Source: an uncultured delta proteobacterium | GTDB lineage: Bacteria > Desulfobacterota > Binatia > UBA9968 | Length of the DNA stretch: 64,000 nucleotides | Direction: 5' to 3' | NCBI GenBank assembly: GCA_963728565.1 | Contig: CAVSLC010000011.1 | Location: forward strand, 96,001 to 160,000 | Shown: positions 62,971 through 64,000 of the stretch, piece after piece | How the letters are laid out: every line of letters starts with the position of its first letter | How positions within the stretch are numbered: position 1 is the stretch's first letter | The notes under the pieces: generated by a model | Told to the model about the DNA's origin: nothing | The model's input: only the letters and a program-made list of their open reading frames with translations | Database searches by the model: none | Position numbers and translations under genes: made by a program

Positions 62971-64000
62971 CTACTCCGCTTCGCCTTCAGCCTCCGCCTT
63001 GAGGCGACGCTGGCGAACGGCATGTGCGAGGTCCTCTACCAACTTGCGAGTGTCTTCCCAGCCGACACACGCGTCTGTGATGCTTAGACCGTAGACGAGT
63101 TCTTTGCCCGGCATCAGATCTTGACGGCCTGCTTTGAGATGACTTTCGATCATAACGCCGAAAATGCGGGCATCGCCGTCGGCAATTTGGCTGGCAACCT
63201 GACGACCGACCTCGACCTGTTTTTCCGGTTCTTTGCCGCTGTTGCCATGGCTGCAATCGATCATAATTTTCGCCGGTATGCCGGCTTCCGCCATGCCCTT
63301 GGCCGCTGCATCGATGTTTTGTGCATCGTAATTGGGATTACGACCACCCCGCAGAATGACATGGCAATCTTCGTTGCCGGTGGTTGAGACGATCGCCGAA
63401 TGACCGTCCTTGGTTACGGAAAGAAAATGATGCGGAGCTTGAGCGGCGCGGATGGCGTCAACGGCGATGCGGACGTTACCGTCAGTGCCGTTTTTGAAAC
63501 CGACGGGACAGGATAGGCCGGAAGCAAGCTCGCGGTGCACTTGACTCTCGGTGGTGCGCGCGCCGATGGCTCCCCAGGAAACCAGGTCAGCGACATATTG
63601 CGGGGTAATCATGTCGAGAAACTCGGAACCCGCCGGAACCGCCATTTCGTTAAGATCGAGCAACAATCGACGGCCAATACGCAAGCCGTCGTTGATACGG
63701 AAACTGCCGTCGAGTTGGGGGTCGTTGATCAGCCCCTTCCAACCGACAGTGGTGCGAGGTTTCTCGAAATACACACGCATCACCAGCAGTAGATCACTGC
63801 TGAGTCGGTCCTTAACTTCTCTGAGCTTGCCCGCATACTCTTTAGCGGCGTTAACGTCGTGAATCGAACATGGGCCCAATATAACCAGGAGACGGTCATC
63901 AGCACCGTGCAAGATGCGGTGGATCGCTTGGCGCGTCTGGTATACCGTCTGCGCGGCCTTGCTCGTTATCGCGATATCGCGCAGTACTTGCGCCGGCGGC
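62971..64000 (-). CDS. aroG: 3-deoxy-7-phosphoheptulonate synthase, class I-alpha (AroF/G/H), 5' end outside window
   Basis: GPCSIHD, RVYFEKPRTTVGWKGL, IGARTTESQVHRE, DCSHGNS, SITDAC; paralog identity F/G/H cannot be resolved. Confidence 0.93.
   Translation of the reverse strand, partial: PPAQVLRDIAITSKAAQTVYQTRQAIHRILHGADDRLLVILGPCSIHDVNAAKEYAGKLREVKDRLSSDLLLVMRVYFEKPRTTVGWKGLINDPQLDGSFRINDGLRIGRRLLLDLNEMAVPAGSEFLDMITPQYVADLVSWGAIGARTTESQVHRELASGLSCPVGFKNGTDGNVRIAVDAIRAAQAPHHFLSVTKDGHSAIVSTTGNEDCHVILRGGRNPNYDAQNIDAAAKGMAEAGIPAKIMIDCSHGNSGKEPEKQVEVGRQVASQIADGDARIFGVMIESHLKAGRQDLMPGKELVYGLSITDACVGWEDTRKLVEDLAHAVRQRRLKAEAEGEAE

Larger units (their letters stand above)
55712..63190. mobile_element. 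putative integrative element, unit 2, inserted in DAHP synthase and supplying a replacement 3' end
   Basis: same left motif fused to the gene fragment; bracketed by ~222-bp direct repeats. Confidence 0.7.

Overview
Chromosomal window from a ~55% GC bacterium. Gene content and repeat style resemble a deltaproteobacteria-like lineage such as Candidatus Binatia (inference only). 1-28 kb is housekeeping: rarA, bactofilin, the ffh-rpsP-khpA-rimM-trmD(+second SPOUT domain)-rplS operon, groESL, a peptidoglycan-recycling operon, dapL-folK, initiator tRNA-Met, aspC-coaD-rsmD, iscA-like, ftsY, smc, an HNH gene and an RNase E/G gene. 28-49 kb is a transport/catabolic region interspersed with palindromic repeat elements, a MITE and an inverted-repeat-bounded four-helix-bundle cassette. 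The most notable part is 49.3-63.2 kb. It appears to be two related, integrase-less elements stacked in tandem at the 3' end of the DAHP synthase gene. Each begins with the same ~35-40 bp terminal motif, ends with a shared non-coding block plus a ~220 bp copy of the DAHP synthase 3' end (the copies differ almost only at synonymous sites), and carries different cargo. Unit 1 has a stand-alone ATP-dependent ligase, a Zn-ribbon microprotein, symmetric dif-like sites and an S1/P1 nuclease remnant. Unit 2 has a secreted beta-helix/Ig scaffold, a small partner and a tri-zinc phospholipase C/P1-like protein. Several single-base frameshifts (smc, an ABC permease, DUF2235, the PLC-like gene) may be sequencing indels. 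All calls are by eye; no database search was run.
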